A DNA stretch of 64,000 nucleotides from an uncultured Nitrospiraceae bacterium (GCA_963846575.1 CAWJWJ010000002.1:1920001-1984000); one strand, 5' to 3'. Shown: positions 29,142-40,052, numbered from the stretch's first letter. Numbers and translations are program-made. Notes: generated by a model from the letters alone, not told the origin.

Positions 29142-30293
29142 CTAGTTCGGCTTCCCGCTCACGTGGTCTTCGGCCTCGCGACTATGCCTGTACACGGAAC
29201 TGGCCAGATGAAAGATTTCTTCAAAGTAGCGTTTGCTCTGCATGGACAGGAGACCAAGACTGATCAACTGAACACTCAGCATCGACGACAGTCCTCCGAT
29301 GATGAACGTGTGAGGATAGGCCTGATACGCATGAGCGACGGCATATGACGCGCGGGTAAGAATCCAGTCATGTTGAACAAATGTCTGATAGGCCTCGTAG
29401 AAATGGACCAGCATCCAGGCATCGGTGTACAGGGCAAGCGACAGGAGGAGAACACCGGGCAGCAGAAAGAACATGAACGGCCGAAAGATGAAGCCCGAAA
29501 AAATCGTCGACAGCACATGGGGCAGCATCTTCATACTGGAGAGCCGCACGCTCCCGGCCGCCCGTTGCATGTTCCAGTCGAGATGCGCGGGAATCTCCTC
29601 AATCTGAGCCCGTAAGAGCATGCCCTTGTAGATAATCTCGGGACTGATCTCCTGCCCGCGAGCCCTCAAGCTGACTGCCCTGATGAACGGTCCGTCATAG
29701 ACGCGCACCATGCCGGTCAGGGTCGACAGGTTGCACCGGGCGAACCCGGCCAAGAACCGGTTGGCCCACCTGCTCATCGTGCGTCGGATCCAGGGAACGT
29801 CGCTGACACGCCCACCCGTAGCGTAGGGAGAGGCCACCACGATGGTCGCCTGACTCCGTTGGATGCGATCGAGTAACCGTCCGACATGTTCCGGGGCATA
29901 ACTGAGGTCGCAGTCGAGCACGACGACGTACCTGCCCAGGCTGCACTCGAAGCCGGTGCGGAGTGCCTGCCCGAGCCCGCGATTCCGCGGGTGATGCACC
30001 ACTCGAATCTCCACTCGGTCGCGGGCGAAGGCGTCCGCAGCTTGGGCCGTCTGATCCGTGCTGCCATCATTGACGACGACGATTTCCCAACGATAGAGCG
30101 TTTCGAGAGATCGCATATACCGGCACACCTCCGCCAAGGTTGACGGCAACATGGCGGCTTCATTGAATGCCGGAATGATGACCGAAACGAGCGGGCGATC
30201 GGTGTTCTCGGGATCGGGAACGGGATCCGCGACGGCAGAAGGCCGCGAGTGGTCGATCGGCGTAACGGTGCCAGCGGAAATTCTCACGGACAT
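29142..30293 (-). CDS. GT2 glycosyltransferase (DPM1/ArnC-like) with C-terminal TM helices
   Basis: IIPAFNE, VNDGSTD, NRGLG.A, LDCDL motifs; two hydrophobic C-terminal segments. Confidence 0.85.
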   Translation of the reverse strand: MSVRISAGTVTPIDHSRPSAVADPVPDPENTDRPLVSVIIPAFNEAAMLPSTLAEVCRYMRSLETLYRWEIVVVNDGSTDQTAQAADAFARDRVEIRVVHHPRNRGLGQALRTGFECSLGRYVVVLDCDLSYAPEHVGRLLDRIQRSQATIVVASPYATGGRVSDVPWIRRTMSRWANRFLAGFARCNLSTLTGMVRVYDGPFIRAVSLRARGQEISPEIIYKGMLLRAQIEEIPAHLDWNMQRAAGSVRLSSMKMLPHVLSTIFSGFIFRPFMFFLLPGVLLLSLALYTDAWMLVHFYEAYQTFVQHDWILTRASYAVAHAYQAYPHTFIIGGLSSMLSVQLISLGLLSMQSKRYFEEIFHLASSVYRHSREAEDHVSGKPN

Positions 30294-30423
30294 GGCAGGC
30301 TCCGAATTTAGATGAATGACGGTTGCGAGAATGGACGATGGAGGCTGAGTCAGAGACTAAGACGGTCCGGCCGATTGGGGGAGCCGATTCAATGGGCTGA
30401 CAGTGATGGCCTACCGTCTGGGC

Positions 30424-31350
30424 TCATCGAGGTTTCCGGGCCAGGCAGACGATCTCGTACCGGCGGTCGGCAAGCGCGCTGAGTTTTTCAATCGCCCATA
30501 TTCCCCACTTGACGACAGGGCTGGGGAGCCGGGAATGTTCGAAGAATGCTTCCTGAGAATAACAGCGCACCGCTTGCATCCCGCTTTTTCTGACCATGCT
30601 TCTGAACCCGTTCCGGGAAAAGAAATAGGTATGGTAAGTGGGATGCAGCGCTAAAGCCGGATAACAGATCTTTCCCCGGGATAGCCGATACAGCAGCAGC
30701 CCTGCGCGCGCGAGCACACTATCTTCATCCGGGGTACAGAACAGCGCGACACCACCCGGCTTGAGTAAATGCCTGACCTTTTCCAGGCACCCGACGGGAT
30801 CCAGTACGTGCTCGATGATGTCCCACATGGTGATCACATCGTAGGATGCGGCCGGCAGCTGAACCGATTCGAACGAGGCATTGATCACTTCCGCCCGAAC
30901 GGCGCGTCTCGACACTTGAGTCAACTCCGGCGACAGTTCGACCCCGGACACGGTCCAGCCACGTTGTTGCGCCACACTCAGAAAGGCGCCGGAACCGCAG
31001 CCGATGTCCAGCAGCTGCCCGACCTCCACCAGGGATTCGATCGCGGAGAGCGCGTCGACATAATTGGCGTATCGACCTCCTGCGACCTGTTTGAACTCCG
31101 TGACATCGTACGAAAAATACGGATTCTGAGAATATGCATCACCGGTATACATCGCCGCGATGTCACCGGCGGAATACATATTGCTTCGCCAGGACCCCTC
31201 GCATTCCCGGCACTTGAGAACCGAAAACTCATCGAATCCGTACACTGACGCCAGATCGGCGCTTCCGCAGATCGGGCATTCCGTGCGGATTCGATCGCTC
31301 GCCTCGAAGGATGATTGCAGTAACGCAGTAGGCACCATGCCGCCACCCAT
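30424..31350 (-). CDS. Class I SAM methyltransferase with an N-terminal Zn-ribbon
   Basis: CPICG...CREC, LLDIGCGSG, DVITMWDIIEHV motifs. Confidence 0.85.
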   Translation of the reverse strand: MGGGMVPTALLQSSFEASDRIRTECPICGSADLASVYGFDEFSVLKCRECEGSWRSNMYSAGDIAAMYTGDAYSQNPYFSYDVTEFKQVAGGRYANYVDALSAIESLVEVGQLLDIGCGSGAFLSVAQQRGWTVSGVELSPELTQVSRRAVRAEVINASFESVQLPAASYDVITMWDIIEHVLDPVGCLEKVRHLLKPGGVALFCTPDEDSVLARAGLLLYRLSRGKICYPALALHPTYHTYFFSRNGFRSMVRKSGMQAVRCYSQEAFFEHSRLPSPVVKWGIWAIEKLSALADRRYEIVCLARKPR

Positions 31351-31353
31351 AGC

Positions 31354-33003
31354 CTAACTTTCTGAGACCGAGGCCAATGCCGCCGGTTGCGTCTCGACGA
31401 CGGACTCTTCCGCCATCCGCGACACGCCGGACGAAGCCTTGCGGAATCGCGCTCCACAGGCGCATCGGGCTGTGTCCACCTGCCAGGACAGTTTCGCCCC
31501 GCATTCACACATCCACCCCGAAACCCTGGCAGGAGATCCCATGACACAGGCATAGTCCGGGACGTCCTTCGTGACCACAGCGCCTGCGCCAATGAAGGCA
31601 TAGCGTCCGATGGTGGTACCGCACACGATCGTGCAATTGGCCCCCAGCGTCGCTCCTCGCTTCACCAACGTGGGTTTCAGTTCCGCCATGCGAGGGATCT
31701 CGCTGCGCGGGTTGAACACGTTCGTAAACACCATCGAGGGGCCGCAGAACACATGGTCTTCGAGAGTGACGCCTTCATAGACTGAGACATTGTTCTGTAG
31801 CTTCACACCATTGCCGACGGTGGCGTTCGGGCCAATCACGACGTTTTGACCGATCTTGCAGGACCGACCGATTCTAGACCCCTTCAAAACATGCGAGACG
31901 TGCCAGATACTGGTCCCCTCCCCGATTTCCACGCCCTCGTCGATGAAAGCCGACCCATGAGCGAACCACGAGCGCTGTGGGGGCGCCGGAGTCGGGACAT
32001 GAGCACGCTCTTTGCCTTCCAGGGCCTCCTGGCATCGCTGCAGGACAGACAGCACCCTGAGCCCTTCTTCCCCATCCGTCCGTGGACGGCGGCGGCTGTG
32101 CACACAATCCAGAAAGTGTGCACACTCCTCGCGGAGAGGCTCAGCCTTTTCAAGTTCAACCGGTTGCGCCTCGGCCCGGTTCGCGATCGGAATCTGGCCC
32201 TTCCACTGAATCGAGTGCGGATACAAAAGAAGTTTGTCCTTTTTCTCGATGTCATCGAAAACCGCCATCTTGCGATCACCGACAACAATCAACTTCTGTT
32301 CTTTGAACGGATGAAGCCAGGACACGAAGATATGGGATTTGACACCGCTGGGGAAGGACAACAGAGTTACCGTGATATCCGCAATCTGTTGGTGGAGGTA
32401 ATTGCCTCCCTGCGCCGACACCGTATCCGGCATTTCTCCCAGCAATCCAAGAATGACGGAGACATCGTGCGGGGCGAACGACCAGAGAATGTTCTCCTCA
32501 CGACGGATCTTCCCCAAATTGAGCCGGTTCGAGTACACGTACTGAATACGACCCAATTCGCCGCTGTCGATTAACTGCTTCAGTTTCAGTATCGCAGGGT
32601 GGTACCAGAGCAGATGGCCGACCATGAGGATTCGGCTCTGCTGTCGAGCCAACGCCACGAGTGACCGGGCTTCATCTTCGATGAGGCAGAGCGGCTTCTC
32701 CACCAACACATCCTTCCCCGCGAGAAGCGCTTGCCGCACAAGAGTTCCGTGGGTTTCGGCCGGCGTGGCAATCGACACCGCTCGAACGCTCTCGTCCTGG
32801 AGGACGTCCGCAAAGTCGGCCACCGCACGACAACCGGGATATTGGGCTGCCAGGGATTCCCGGACATCTTTATCGGTGTCGCAGATCATCGACAAGGCAC
32901 CCAGTTCCGCGAAGTTACGGACAAGATTCTTACCCCAGTACCCGGACCCGATCACTGCAACGCTCGGCCGAATGACAGGTGAGTCGTTCTGCGTGGCCAT
33001 CAT
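31354..33003 (-). CDS. Gfo/Idh/MocA dehydrogenase fused to a hexapeptide N-acetyltransferase (WbpB-WbpD-like)
   Basis: IGSGYWG, VEKP, HDVS; then [44 protein letters not shown]. Confidence 0.9.
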   Translation of the reverse strand: MMATQNDSPVIRPSVAVIGSGYWGKNLVRNFAELGALSMICDTDKDVRESLAAQYPGCRAVADFADVLQDESVRAVSIATPAETHGTLVRQALLAGKDVLVEKPLCLIEDEARSLVALARQQSRILMVGHLLWYHPAILKLKQLIDSGELGRIQYVYSNRLNLGKIRREENILWSFAPHDVSVILGLLGEMPDTVSAQGGNYLHQQIADITVTLLSFPSGVKSHIFVSWLHPFKEQKLIVVGDRKMAVFDDIEKKDKLLLYPHSIQWKGQIPIANRAEAQPVELEKAEPLREECAHFLDCVHSRRRPRTDGEEGLRVLSVLQRCQEALEGKERAHVPTPAPPQRSWFAHGSAFIDEGVEIGEGTSIWHVSHVLKGSRIGRSCKIGQNVVIGPNATVGNGVKLQNNVSVYEGVTLEDHVFCGPSMVFTNVFNPRSEIPRMAELKPTLVKRGATLGANCTIVCGTTIGRYAFIGAGAVVTKDVPDYACVMGSPARVSGWMCECGAKLSWQVDTARCACGARFRKASSGVSRMAEESVVETQPAALASVSES

Positions 33004-33352
33004 GGTGCTCAGCCTTTCCTTTGTAGCGGCCGCTCGACCCCGTCGGGGGTAATCTCAAAGCGGCCGATTATCACGTGAGTGTGCGGGAGGTGTGTCGGTT
33101 CTGCCGAATCTGCCCGGTCGAGGCGCATCCCTTGTCGGAGAACGTCACACGAAGTGGATACAGCGGGGGTCGCCGAGTGGGGGCTGAGACGCTATTGTTT
33201 GTGAATCAGCCCAGATAGTGGATATTCAACAACCGGAGGCGATCGAGGGAGGCACAGATGAACCGGAACGGGGTGCCGGCCGTTTGGCGACAAGTTCACG
33301 CATCCGGTGTCCCAAATCACAGCTTGTGTCCTCTTAACGCGTCACTCCGCGA

Positions 33353-34453
33353 TCAACGGGTCGCGTGTCCGGGTGGTACGGAGGGACGAGTGAGCGTGTT
33401 GTAGAATCCGGTCGCCCCACGGCGAAGCAGCACGAAATCGACCATGCCATGAAGGAACCCGATTCCATATCCAAGGTGGTAACAGGCAAAGACCCATGGC
33501 AGTACCGGGAAGTAGCGCCAGCCCTGCCGCGCCGCCACGGTGAGAGAAATGGCAATGGTGCACAGACCATAGGCGACGGAAGTGCTCAACCAGAGCCACC
33601 AGGCCGGCGACCACAGGAGCGCGGCGAGCGGCAGGGCCATCAGCGAAAAGACAAATGCCCCAGGCACATACTGCCGGAGCGACGCGGCCGCCTTCCGTTT
33701 CTGAACGACCCGGACCCGCCAGTACCCATATTGAATGTATTGTTGGAGAAGCGCCTTAAGGTGTCGCCGTGGTTTGTACCAACTTTTAATGCGCGGTGAA
33801 TGCCAGATCCGGCCGCCGGACTGAACCAAGCGGAGGTTGAGTTCGTCGTCTTGATTGCGGACCAACTCTTCGTCGAAGAGCCCGATCCGGTCGAAAACCT
33901 CGCGTCGATAGACGCCTCCGAACACGGTGTCGGCAGGGCCTTCGTATTGCGGATCATGCCATTTGGCTCCGCCGACGCTAAACCCGCTGTGGTGAGCCAG
34001 GGCGATGGCCTCTTGAATGTAGGACTCGCCTGCGCACACCATGCTCCCGCCTACATTATCCGCCTTGGTTTCCTCCAGGACCTGCACACTTTGTCGAAGG
34101 TAATCGGAGGCGTATCGGTTGTGCGCTCCCATGATCGCGATGTACCGTCCCCGTGCGGCCTGAATCCCGAGATTGACGCCGGCGGGCATGGTGCGTTTGT
34201 GATTGGTGATGACCTTCAAGCACGGATATTCCTCCGCCAGCCGAGACAGGACTTCAGCGGTTCCGTCATCGGAAAGCCCATCGGCCACGATCAGTTCGTA
34301 ATCGTCCCCTGGCCTTTCCTGCCCCATTAATGAACGCAGGCAGGCCTCGATGGAGTCTCCTTCATTCCGGCATGGGACGATGACCGTCACCGCACAAGCC
34401 GACATGCATACTTCTTCGGTGCTTGTTACTTCAGCCCTCTCACTTGCAGGCAT
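33353..34453 (-). CDS. GT2 glycosyltransferase (ExoA-like)
   Basis: PCRNE, ADGLSDDGT, FDEELVRNQDDELNLR, QY..YGYWR, YHLGYG.GF motifs. Confidence 0.88.
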   Translation of the reverse strand: MPASERAEVTSTEEVCMSACAVTVIVPCRNEGDSIEACLRSLMGQERPGDDYELIVADGLSDDGTAEVLSRLAEEYPCLKVITNHKRTMPAGVNLGIQAARGRYIAIMGAHNRYASDYLRQSVQVLEETKADNVGGSMVCAGESYIQEAIALAHHSGFSVGGAKWHDPQYEGPADTVFGGVYRREVFDRIGLFDEELVRNQDDELNLRLVQSGGRIWHSPRIKSWYKPRRHLKALLQQYIQYGYWRVRVVQKRKAAASLRQYVPGAFVFSLMALPLAALLWSPAWWLWLSTSVAYGLCTIAISLTVAARQGWRYFPVLPWVFACYHLGYGIGFLHGMVDFVLLRRGATGFYNTLTRPSVPPGHATR

Positions 34454-34660
34454 TGGGGGGGTTCCTCATAGAGAGTCTTTTCGGCGGGAGTCTTTTTTCA
34501 GCTTTCTTTTTCTGCATCGAAACTGGCACACTCTGCCTCCCGATCGTCGCGTTCGGGAGGACTCTCTGAAAGTCCTCGCCGGTGCGTCATCTTCCTCCCA
34601 GGCTGTACCGCGTGAGGCAGAGCACCAGGTCAGGGGCTCAACACTTCGAGAATGGCTGTC

Positions 34661-34786
34661 AAATCCTGTAGCGCGCTGCAGGCATTTACCTACAATCGTG
34701 AACCGGGCTCTTTTGGAGATGCCCGAACTAAATCATTGATAATGAAGCTACTTACGGATTTAACCGAAGACGGCATGCATTCTGCT
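34661..34786 (+). promoter_or_regulatory. Sigma54 promoter with IHF site and candidate enhancer palindrome
   Basis: CGGCATGCATTCTGCT (GG-N10-GC) at 34771-34786; IHF consensus match TATCAA-TGAT-TTA on the minus strand at 34729-34741; imperfect palindrome AAATCCTGTAGCGCGCTGCAGGCATTT at 34661-34687. Confidence 0.7.
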
Positions 34787-34843
34787 TAGGCACATGACAG
34801 GGGAATGCTCCCCTCGCCGTCCGAGTGATTAGAGGAGGCTACG

Positions 34844-36166
34844 ATGCCATTGATAGGAATGCCTGGAAAAAAACATGCAAAGCTGCTCCTCTGGGGATTG
34901 AGCGTTCTTTTCGCATTCGTTGGCAGTCAGACCGTTCACGCAGCGACCTATTATGTGGCCACGAACGGGAATGACAGCGTCCCCTGTGTGACCGCCACGA
35001 ACACAACTACCCCGAAACGCACAATCAACAATGCGTTGAGTTGCCTCGTTCCTGGCGATACCGTCTATATCAGGGCTGGAACCTATCCGGAATCGATCAG
35101 CAGCAACAGGGGTACCATCCCTGTCGGCACTTCCTGGAATGCACCTGTCACGATCGCCGGCTACCCGGGAGAGACGGTGACGTTGAAACCGGTGGGGGTG
35201 TGCGAGGTCCTCGCCCTTCCTGCCGCATACCTTCAATACATCATCTTCAAGGACATGATCCTGGACGGGAGTGATCTGATCGAATCAGCTGAGGTCTCAT
35301 GCGTAGGCATAGGCCTTCAACCGATGACCCATCACCTAAGATTTCAGAACCTGGAAGTCAAAAACAATCCGTGGAGTGGAATCCTCGGCGGCGGTAGCTA
35401 CCATGAGTTCATCAATCTGAAGGTGCATGACAACGGGGCATGGACACAGATTGCCGGGTATGCGCCGGGAGCCAATGGTGCCTATCTCACCACCAATAAC
35501 AGCGTCATTGATGGCGGCGAATACTTCAATAACCTGTGTTACGGAGTTCGCTTCTATAATAGTTCCGCATCCTCAAAGGCTGATAATAACGTCCTGAAAA
35601 ATGCAAAACTCTATCGAAACGGGCGCGGTGTCGCATTCAATGGAACGGCCCAATGTGGTTCCATGGGGGGAGGAGTGGTGTTAGGCGATAACAATAACTC
35701 CGCCTACAACAATCTGATCTACTCAAATTACTGGGGCCTCACCACATCGACGGAAAAATCAACCGTCGCCCTCATTTTCAATAACACTTTCTATAACAAT
35801 AAATACGGCATCGACATCAGCAGTCAGAGCGTAAATACGCAAGTCAGGAACAATATTCTTTCTGAAAACGGATTCGGCATTCAGAATTACGGCAGCAACA
35901 CGGTCTTCTCAACTAACCTCTGCTCGACCTCGGGGCTAGGCTGTACTCTGATCGGGGACCCTAAGTTCGCCAATCCAGCCGGGCTGGACCTTCGTCCCCA
36001 AACCGGCAGCCCCGCGATCGACGCAGGAACCCAAGTGACGGCGGTACGAGATGACTTTGCACGCATCTTACGGCCCCAAGGGACCCGATATGACATTGGA
36101 GCCTATGAGACGAACGGAACCGATGGTACGGCGCCCTCGCCACCCACGAACGTCCGGCTTCACTAG
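34844..36166 (+). CDS. Secreted right-handed beta-helix protein with choice-of-anchor Q-like C-terminus
   Basis: Signal peptide (VHA|ATYYVATNGND), PGDTVYIRAGTY, Asn-rich repeats, GSPAIDAG...RPQG..YDIGAYE, PSPPTNVR tail. Confidence 0.85.
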   Translation: MPLIGMPGKKHAKLLLWGLSVLFAFVGSQTVHAATYYVATNGNDSVPCVTATNTTTPKRTINNALSCLVPGDTVYIRAGTYPESISSNRGTIPVGTSWNAPVTIAGYPGETVTLKPVGVCEVLALPAAYLQYIIFKDMILDGSDLIESAEVSCVGIGLQPMTHHLRFQNLEVKNNPWSGILGGGSYHEFINLKVHDNGAWTQIAGYAPGANGAYLTTNNSVIDGGEYFNNLCYGVRFYNSSASSKADNNVLKNAKLYRNGRGVAFNGTAQCGSMGGGVVLGDNNNSAYNNLIYSNYWGLTTSTEKSTVALIFNNTFYNNKYGIDISSQSVNTQVRNNILSENGFGIQNYGSNTVFSTNLCSTSGLGCTLIGDPKFANPAGLDLRPQTGSPAIDAGTQVTAVRDDFARILRPQGTRYDIGAYETNGTDGTAPSPPTNVRLH

Positions 36167-36225
36167 CATCTGACGCCAGGGCCGCACGCACATCAGGACG
36201 AGTGAGGTGGAAATTGAAGAAGGCG

Positions 36226-37962
36226 TTAATGCCCCGTCTGCGTGAGAGCACTCTGCAATTCCCGATGATATAACTGACCGGGGCTCGTGGGGTCAGGCTG
36301 GAGGATCTTCGCAAATCGGACGACGCCCGCCTTATCAGCTTGAACGTCGCACAGGTGCCACCCGGATTTCTCATAGAAACGACACACTTCCTCCCGGTTG
36401 GCGTAAGCCGACAGAACCAGGGAACGCATCCCAAACTCTCGCGCCTTGGCCTCGAATGCCTGCATTAACCGCTGACCAGCCCCTCTGTTGCGTTCAAGAC
36501 GGGCAACGCCGATGGCCACGAGAGACATGGAAGGCTGTGGAAGGTCTACGGTCGGTCGAGAGATCTGTGAGAGACCCATCTCGCTTGTGACCCGATCCAG
36601 GAACACCGCCCAAAGCTGTCGGTTCAGCAATAGCCAGGGTCGAATCGTGAGTTGAGCGACGACGCCCCAGAATAACTCACGATTCATCTCTTTCGTGTAG
36701 CCCACAGGCGCCCCGAGCGCGTACCCGAGAGTCCTTCGATTGCCATCAATCAACGCCAACGCTATCGCACGTTCGCTGTTCATAAACCACTGAACCAAAT
36801 CTTTGGCATACCCATAGCCTAACAGAGTATTGAGGTAACCCGCGAACGCTTCCAAATGGAGCGTGGCCACCTTTCGCACCATGTCTCCATCCGTGATTGA
36901 CACTACGGAGACCGGCTCAACGCCGACCCCGCTCGCTTCGGGATTATCCTGTGGCCTGGCACCCAGTGCCGTTCGATACACCTCAGCGACATTGCGCGCT
37001 GTGTTCTCAAGGCATAACGGTGCGATGCGCTCTCGCCCATTGCTTCGCGTCCGCGTCAGTAGAACCTGCACAAGGGCGTCCCCTATGGCCTCGGCGTTTC
37101 GTTCGACCACAGCGGACGGATGGACCCCTGCCAGTCTTTCCCGAACATCTCCTACCGGGGTCGAAATCACAGGAAGGTTGCACGCGAGTGCTTCCTTGAC
37201 GACGTTCGGGGAGCCCTCCGAGAGGCTCAGGCATAAGAGAGCGTCTGACGCACGGTAGAGCAGTGGCATCCTGTCGGGCTCGACGTTTTCGATTACGCGC
37301 AATTCGGCCTCGGGAATCCGTACGCGCACGATCTGCATCGCCGCCTTTGCTAAATCCAACCCCTTGGCCGCCGGGTCATCCCGGACGTTCAAGAGAGCAA
37401 CCGGGTGACTTCGCTCCCAGCCTAGTTCCTTGCGTGCGGCTTCTTGCGGGCCCGGGGAGAACAAACCGAGGTCGACTCCATCCGGTATCACCGTTGCCAG
37501 ACTTTTCCGCCACCACAATGCCTGTCTTAACTCCTCGCTCACACAGATCATCCGCTTCGCTCCCAGGGCGGCAAGATTGGAGAGCAAGAAGCCTACGTGT
37601 TGACGCACGAGGGAAACCGACGCACCCGGGAGAAGGTCCCCTCCACAAAACGATATCACTGCAGGCCGACCCGAAAATGCGGCTAAACAACCAACAATCG
37701 TTCCGTACCGTCCGTGCACAATGTCAGGGTTCCATCTTCGAACCAGTCGGCGCAGCTCTAACCACTTTCCCAGGAGGTGGAGCGGTGAGTGACTAAGTCC
37801 AATATCAAACGTGTTGATGGTGAGGCCGGCCGTTTCCAATGAACGAATCTGTCGTTCAACAAAAATTCCGGCCGAGGGTGTCGCCCTTCTTGCTTCCCAA
37901 TGATTGGAAACAATAAGAACGTTAAGCCCCCTCACGGTTGGATCCCTATCAACGGCTTGCAT
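36226..37962 (-). CDS. GT4 glycosyltransferase fused to a C-terminal GNAT domain
   Basis: EGSPNVVKEALACNLPVIST.VGD; C-terminal AIGV...RNRGAGQRLM.AFE...FYEKSGW. Confidence 0.82.
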   Translation of the reverse strand: MQAVDRDPTVRGLNVLIVSNHWEARRATPSAGIFVERQIRSLETAGLTINTFDIGLSHSPLHLLGKWLELRRLVRRWNPDIVHGRYGTIVGCLAAFSGRPAVISFCGGDLLPGASVSLVRQHVGFLLSNLAALGAKRMICVSEELRQALWWRKSLATVIPDGVDLGLFSPGPQEAARKELGWERSHPVALLNVRDDPAAKGLDLAKAAMQIVRVRIPEAELRVIENVEPDRMPLLYRASDALLCLSLSEGSPNVVKEALACNLPVISTPVGDVRERLAGVHPSAVVERNAEAIGDALVQVLLTRTRSNGRERIAPLCLENTARNVAEVYRTALGARPQDNPEASGVGVEPVSVVSITDGDMVRKVATLHLEAFAGYLNTLLGYGYAKDLVQWFMNSERAIALALIDGNRRTLGYALGAPVGYTKEMNRELFWGVVAQLTIRPWLLLNRQLWAVFLDRVTSEMGLSQISRPTVDLPQPSMSLVAIGVARLERNRGAGQRLMQAFEAKAREFGMRSLVLSAYANREEVCRFYEKSGWHLCDVQADKAGVVRFAKILQPDPTSPGQLYHRELQSALTQTGH

Positions 37963-39880
37963 GACGCACACCATTGGTTGACCCACTCGGCATAGCCATC
38001 TCATATTCTGACGACCGGACCTCCGTAGACGTTCCCCCCAAGAACTGACGCGCCCAGCGCTCATACATGGTCAGCCGGAACAAGATACTTTCGACGGGCA
38101 GGGAACGATCTCCGGCTTGATACCGCGCTAGAATATGTTTGACTCCTCGAACATCTACCAGTTCGCGAAGGTAGATCGGCTTGCTAAGCGCGTCCTCGAA
38201 CCACGTCGAAAGAGGGCCTGCAAGCCATGCCGGCTCCGGCGTCACGAAACCCAACTTGCTCCTCCGAGTGCGAATACGTTCAGGAAGAATGCCGCGGAGC
38301 GCTTCCCGAAGGATTCGCTTGGTCCACCCGCCTGACAGGCGTAGGGACGATGGAAGTTTCGCCACCCATTCGACGAAGAGATGGTCGACAAAGGGCACTC
38401 GCGACTCAATTCCAAACGCCATCATGTTTCGATCTTCATAGCGCAGCAGAGGAGGCAAACTGAAGCGGGTCAAATCCGCTTCGATACGACTCCCCAGCGA
38501 CGTGCCAATACCCAGGGTGTCCGGTCGATCAGGGAAAGCTCCCTCAGCCCAGAGCACAGCTCCCTCAGGTAACGAGTTATAGAGATACCGTCTTGCGTCA
38601 AAAAACCGGCTGGTACGAATGAGCTCTGGTCTGCAGAAGAACGCAAGAGCTTCGCGAGCAGCCGAGGAGTATGATCCCGTTTTGATGAGTTCGCGCAGAT
38701 ACACCAAGATGAACTTGCGGTACCCAGCCAATTGCTCATCGGCTCCCTGCCCATCAAGGAGTACCTTGATTCCGTTATTCCGCGCCAAACGTGCCACACA
38801 ATATTGCGCATACACGCCGGACCCGCCCACTGGTTCTTCCTGGTGCCAGATCAATCGTTCCATGTCTTCGACAAACTGCTCCCCGCTCGGGAAGACGTAA
38901 TGACTCTGACACTTAATCGCATCAACCACGACCTTCATGTAGGGTCGCTCGTCCAAGCGAGGGTCCTCAAAGCAGGCACTGAACGTATGCAGAGAATTCT
39001 TGTGCCATACTCCCCTTCGATGCAATTCCGAGTTGACTATGCAGGCAATCGATGAAGAGTCGAGCCCGCCGCTCAGACACGTCCCCACAGGAACGTCCGA
39101 TCTGAGATGAAGTGCAACGGTCTCTTCAAACCGGTGACGAAACTCACCGATCAGACTCGCCTCTTGTGCAGGGGAAACCTGGAAATCCTCGCTAACCTTT
39201 AGCTCCCAATAACGCCACGTTTGAAGACCCTCACCCTGCCGCCACAGCAACGCATGCCCGGGAATCAGCCGCTTGATTCCGGAGACCATGGTTTCACCCG
39301 GTTCATGGTCGATCACGTTCCATGCAAGATACTGTTTGGCCAAGGCCGTATTGCCTACCCGCTCAGGGAGAAATTCCAGTAACGCCTTCAACTCGGAAGC
39401 GAATGCCAGTTGCTTCGTACCGTTCACCCAGTAATGAAATGGCTTGATTCCCAGCCGATCCCGTGCCGCGAAGAGGCATTGGGTCCGCTGATCCCAAATG
39501 GCAAACGCAAACATACCCCTGAGGCGTTCCAGACATTTTGCTCCCCAGTGACGATAGGCCGCCAAAAGGACCTCAGTATCGGAGCCCCCATGGAAATGAA
39601 CCCCGAATTCTCGCAATTCTTCCCGTAGCTCTAAGTAGTTATAAATTTCTCCGTTAAAGGTGATCCAAAATCGCCCGTCCTCATCGGCCATTGGTTGGTG
39701 TCCCGCGTCAGTCAAGTCAATGATCGCGAGGCGGCAGTGACCCAGCGAAACGCCCCTACCATCGAAGTACCCTTCTCCATCAGGTCCCCGATGCCGCTGT
39801 AGCGCGACCATTCGCCGTACTGCGCTTCGGGCTGACGTAGACGATGCTCCGTCGTAAAGATATCCGGCTATACCACACAT
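37949..39880 (-). CDS. asnB: Asparagine synthase-like glutamine amidotransferase (WbpS-like)
   Basis: MCGIAG, HRGPDG, NGEIYN, LSGGLDSS, GQGADE, EDR.MMAFGIESRVPF motifs. Confidence 0.92.
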   Translation of the reverse strand: MCGIAGYLYDGASSTSARSAVRRMVALQRHRGPDGEGYFDGRGVSLGHCRLAIIDLTDAGHQPMADEDGRFWITFNGEIYNYLELREELREFGVHFHGGSDTEVLLAAYRHWGAKCLERLRGMFAFAIWDQRTQCLFAARDRLGIKPFHYWVNGTKQLAFASELKALLEFLPERVGNTALAKQYLAWNVIDHEPGETMVSGIKRLIPGHALLWRQGEGLQTWRYWELKVSEDFQVSPAQEASLIGEFRHRFEETVALHLRSDVPVGTCLSGGLDSSSIACIVNSELHRRGVWHKNSLHTFSACFEDPRLDERPYMKVVVDAIKCQSHYVFPSGEQFVEDMERLIWHQEEPVGGSGVYAQYCVARLARNNGIKVLLDGQGADEQLAGYRKFILVYLRELIKTGSYSSAAREALAFFCRPELIRTSRFFDARRYLYNSLPEGAVLWAEGAFPDRPDTLGIGTSLGSRIEADLTRFSLPPLLRYEDRNMMAFGIESRVPFVDHLFVEWVAKLPSSLRLSGGWTKRILREALRGILPERIRTRRSKLGFVTPEPAWLAGPLSTWFEDALSKPIYLRELVDVRGVKHILARYQAGDRSLPVESILFRLTMYERWARQFLGGTSTEVRSSEYEMAMPSGSTNGVRHASR

Positions 39881-40052
39881 ATAGATCGCTGCCCCCTCCT
39901 ACTCAATCGCATTCTGTCCGACTATCAAATCATCGACGTACAGTTGCCACCAGTAGCATCATTACGCTGAGTCCTGGGATCAACCGTTCACACTCGGCTG
40001 GACACAGGATGTCTCTCGTGCGTACGCGCCGGCCAGGCGTACGTGGGCGTTG

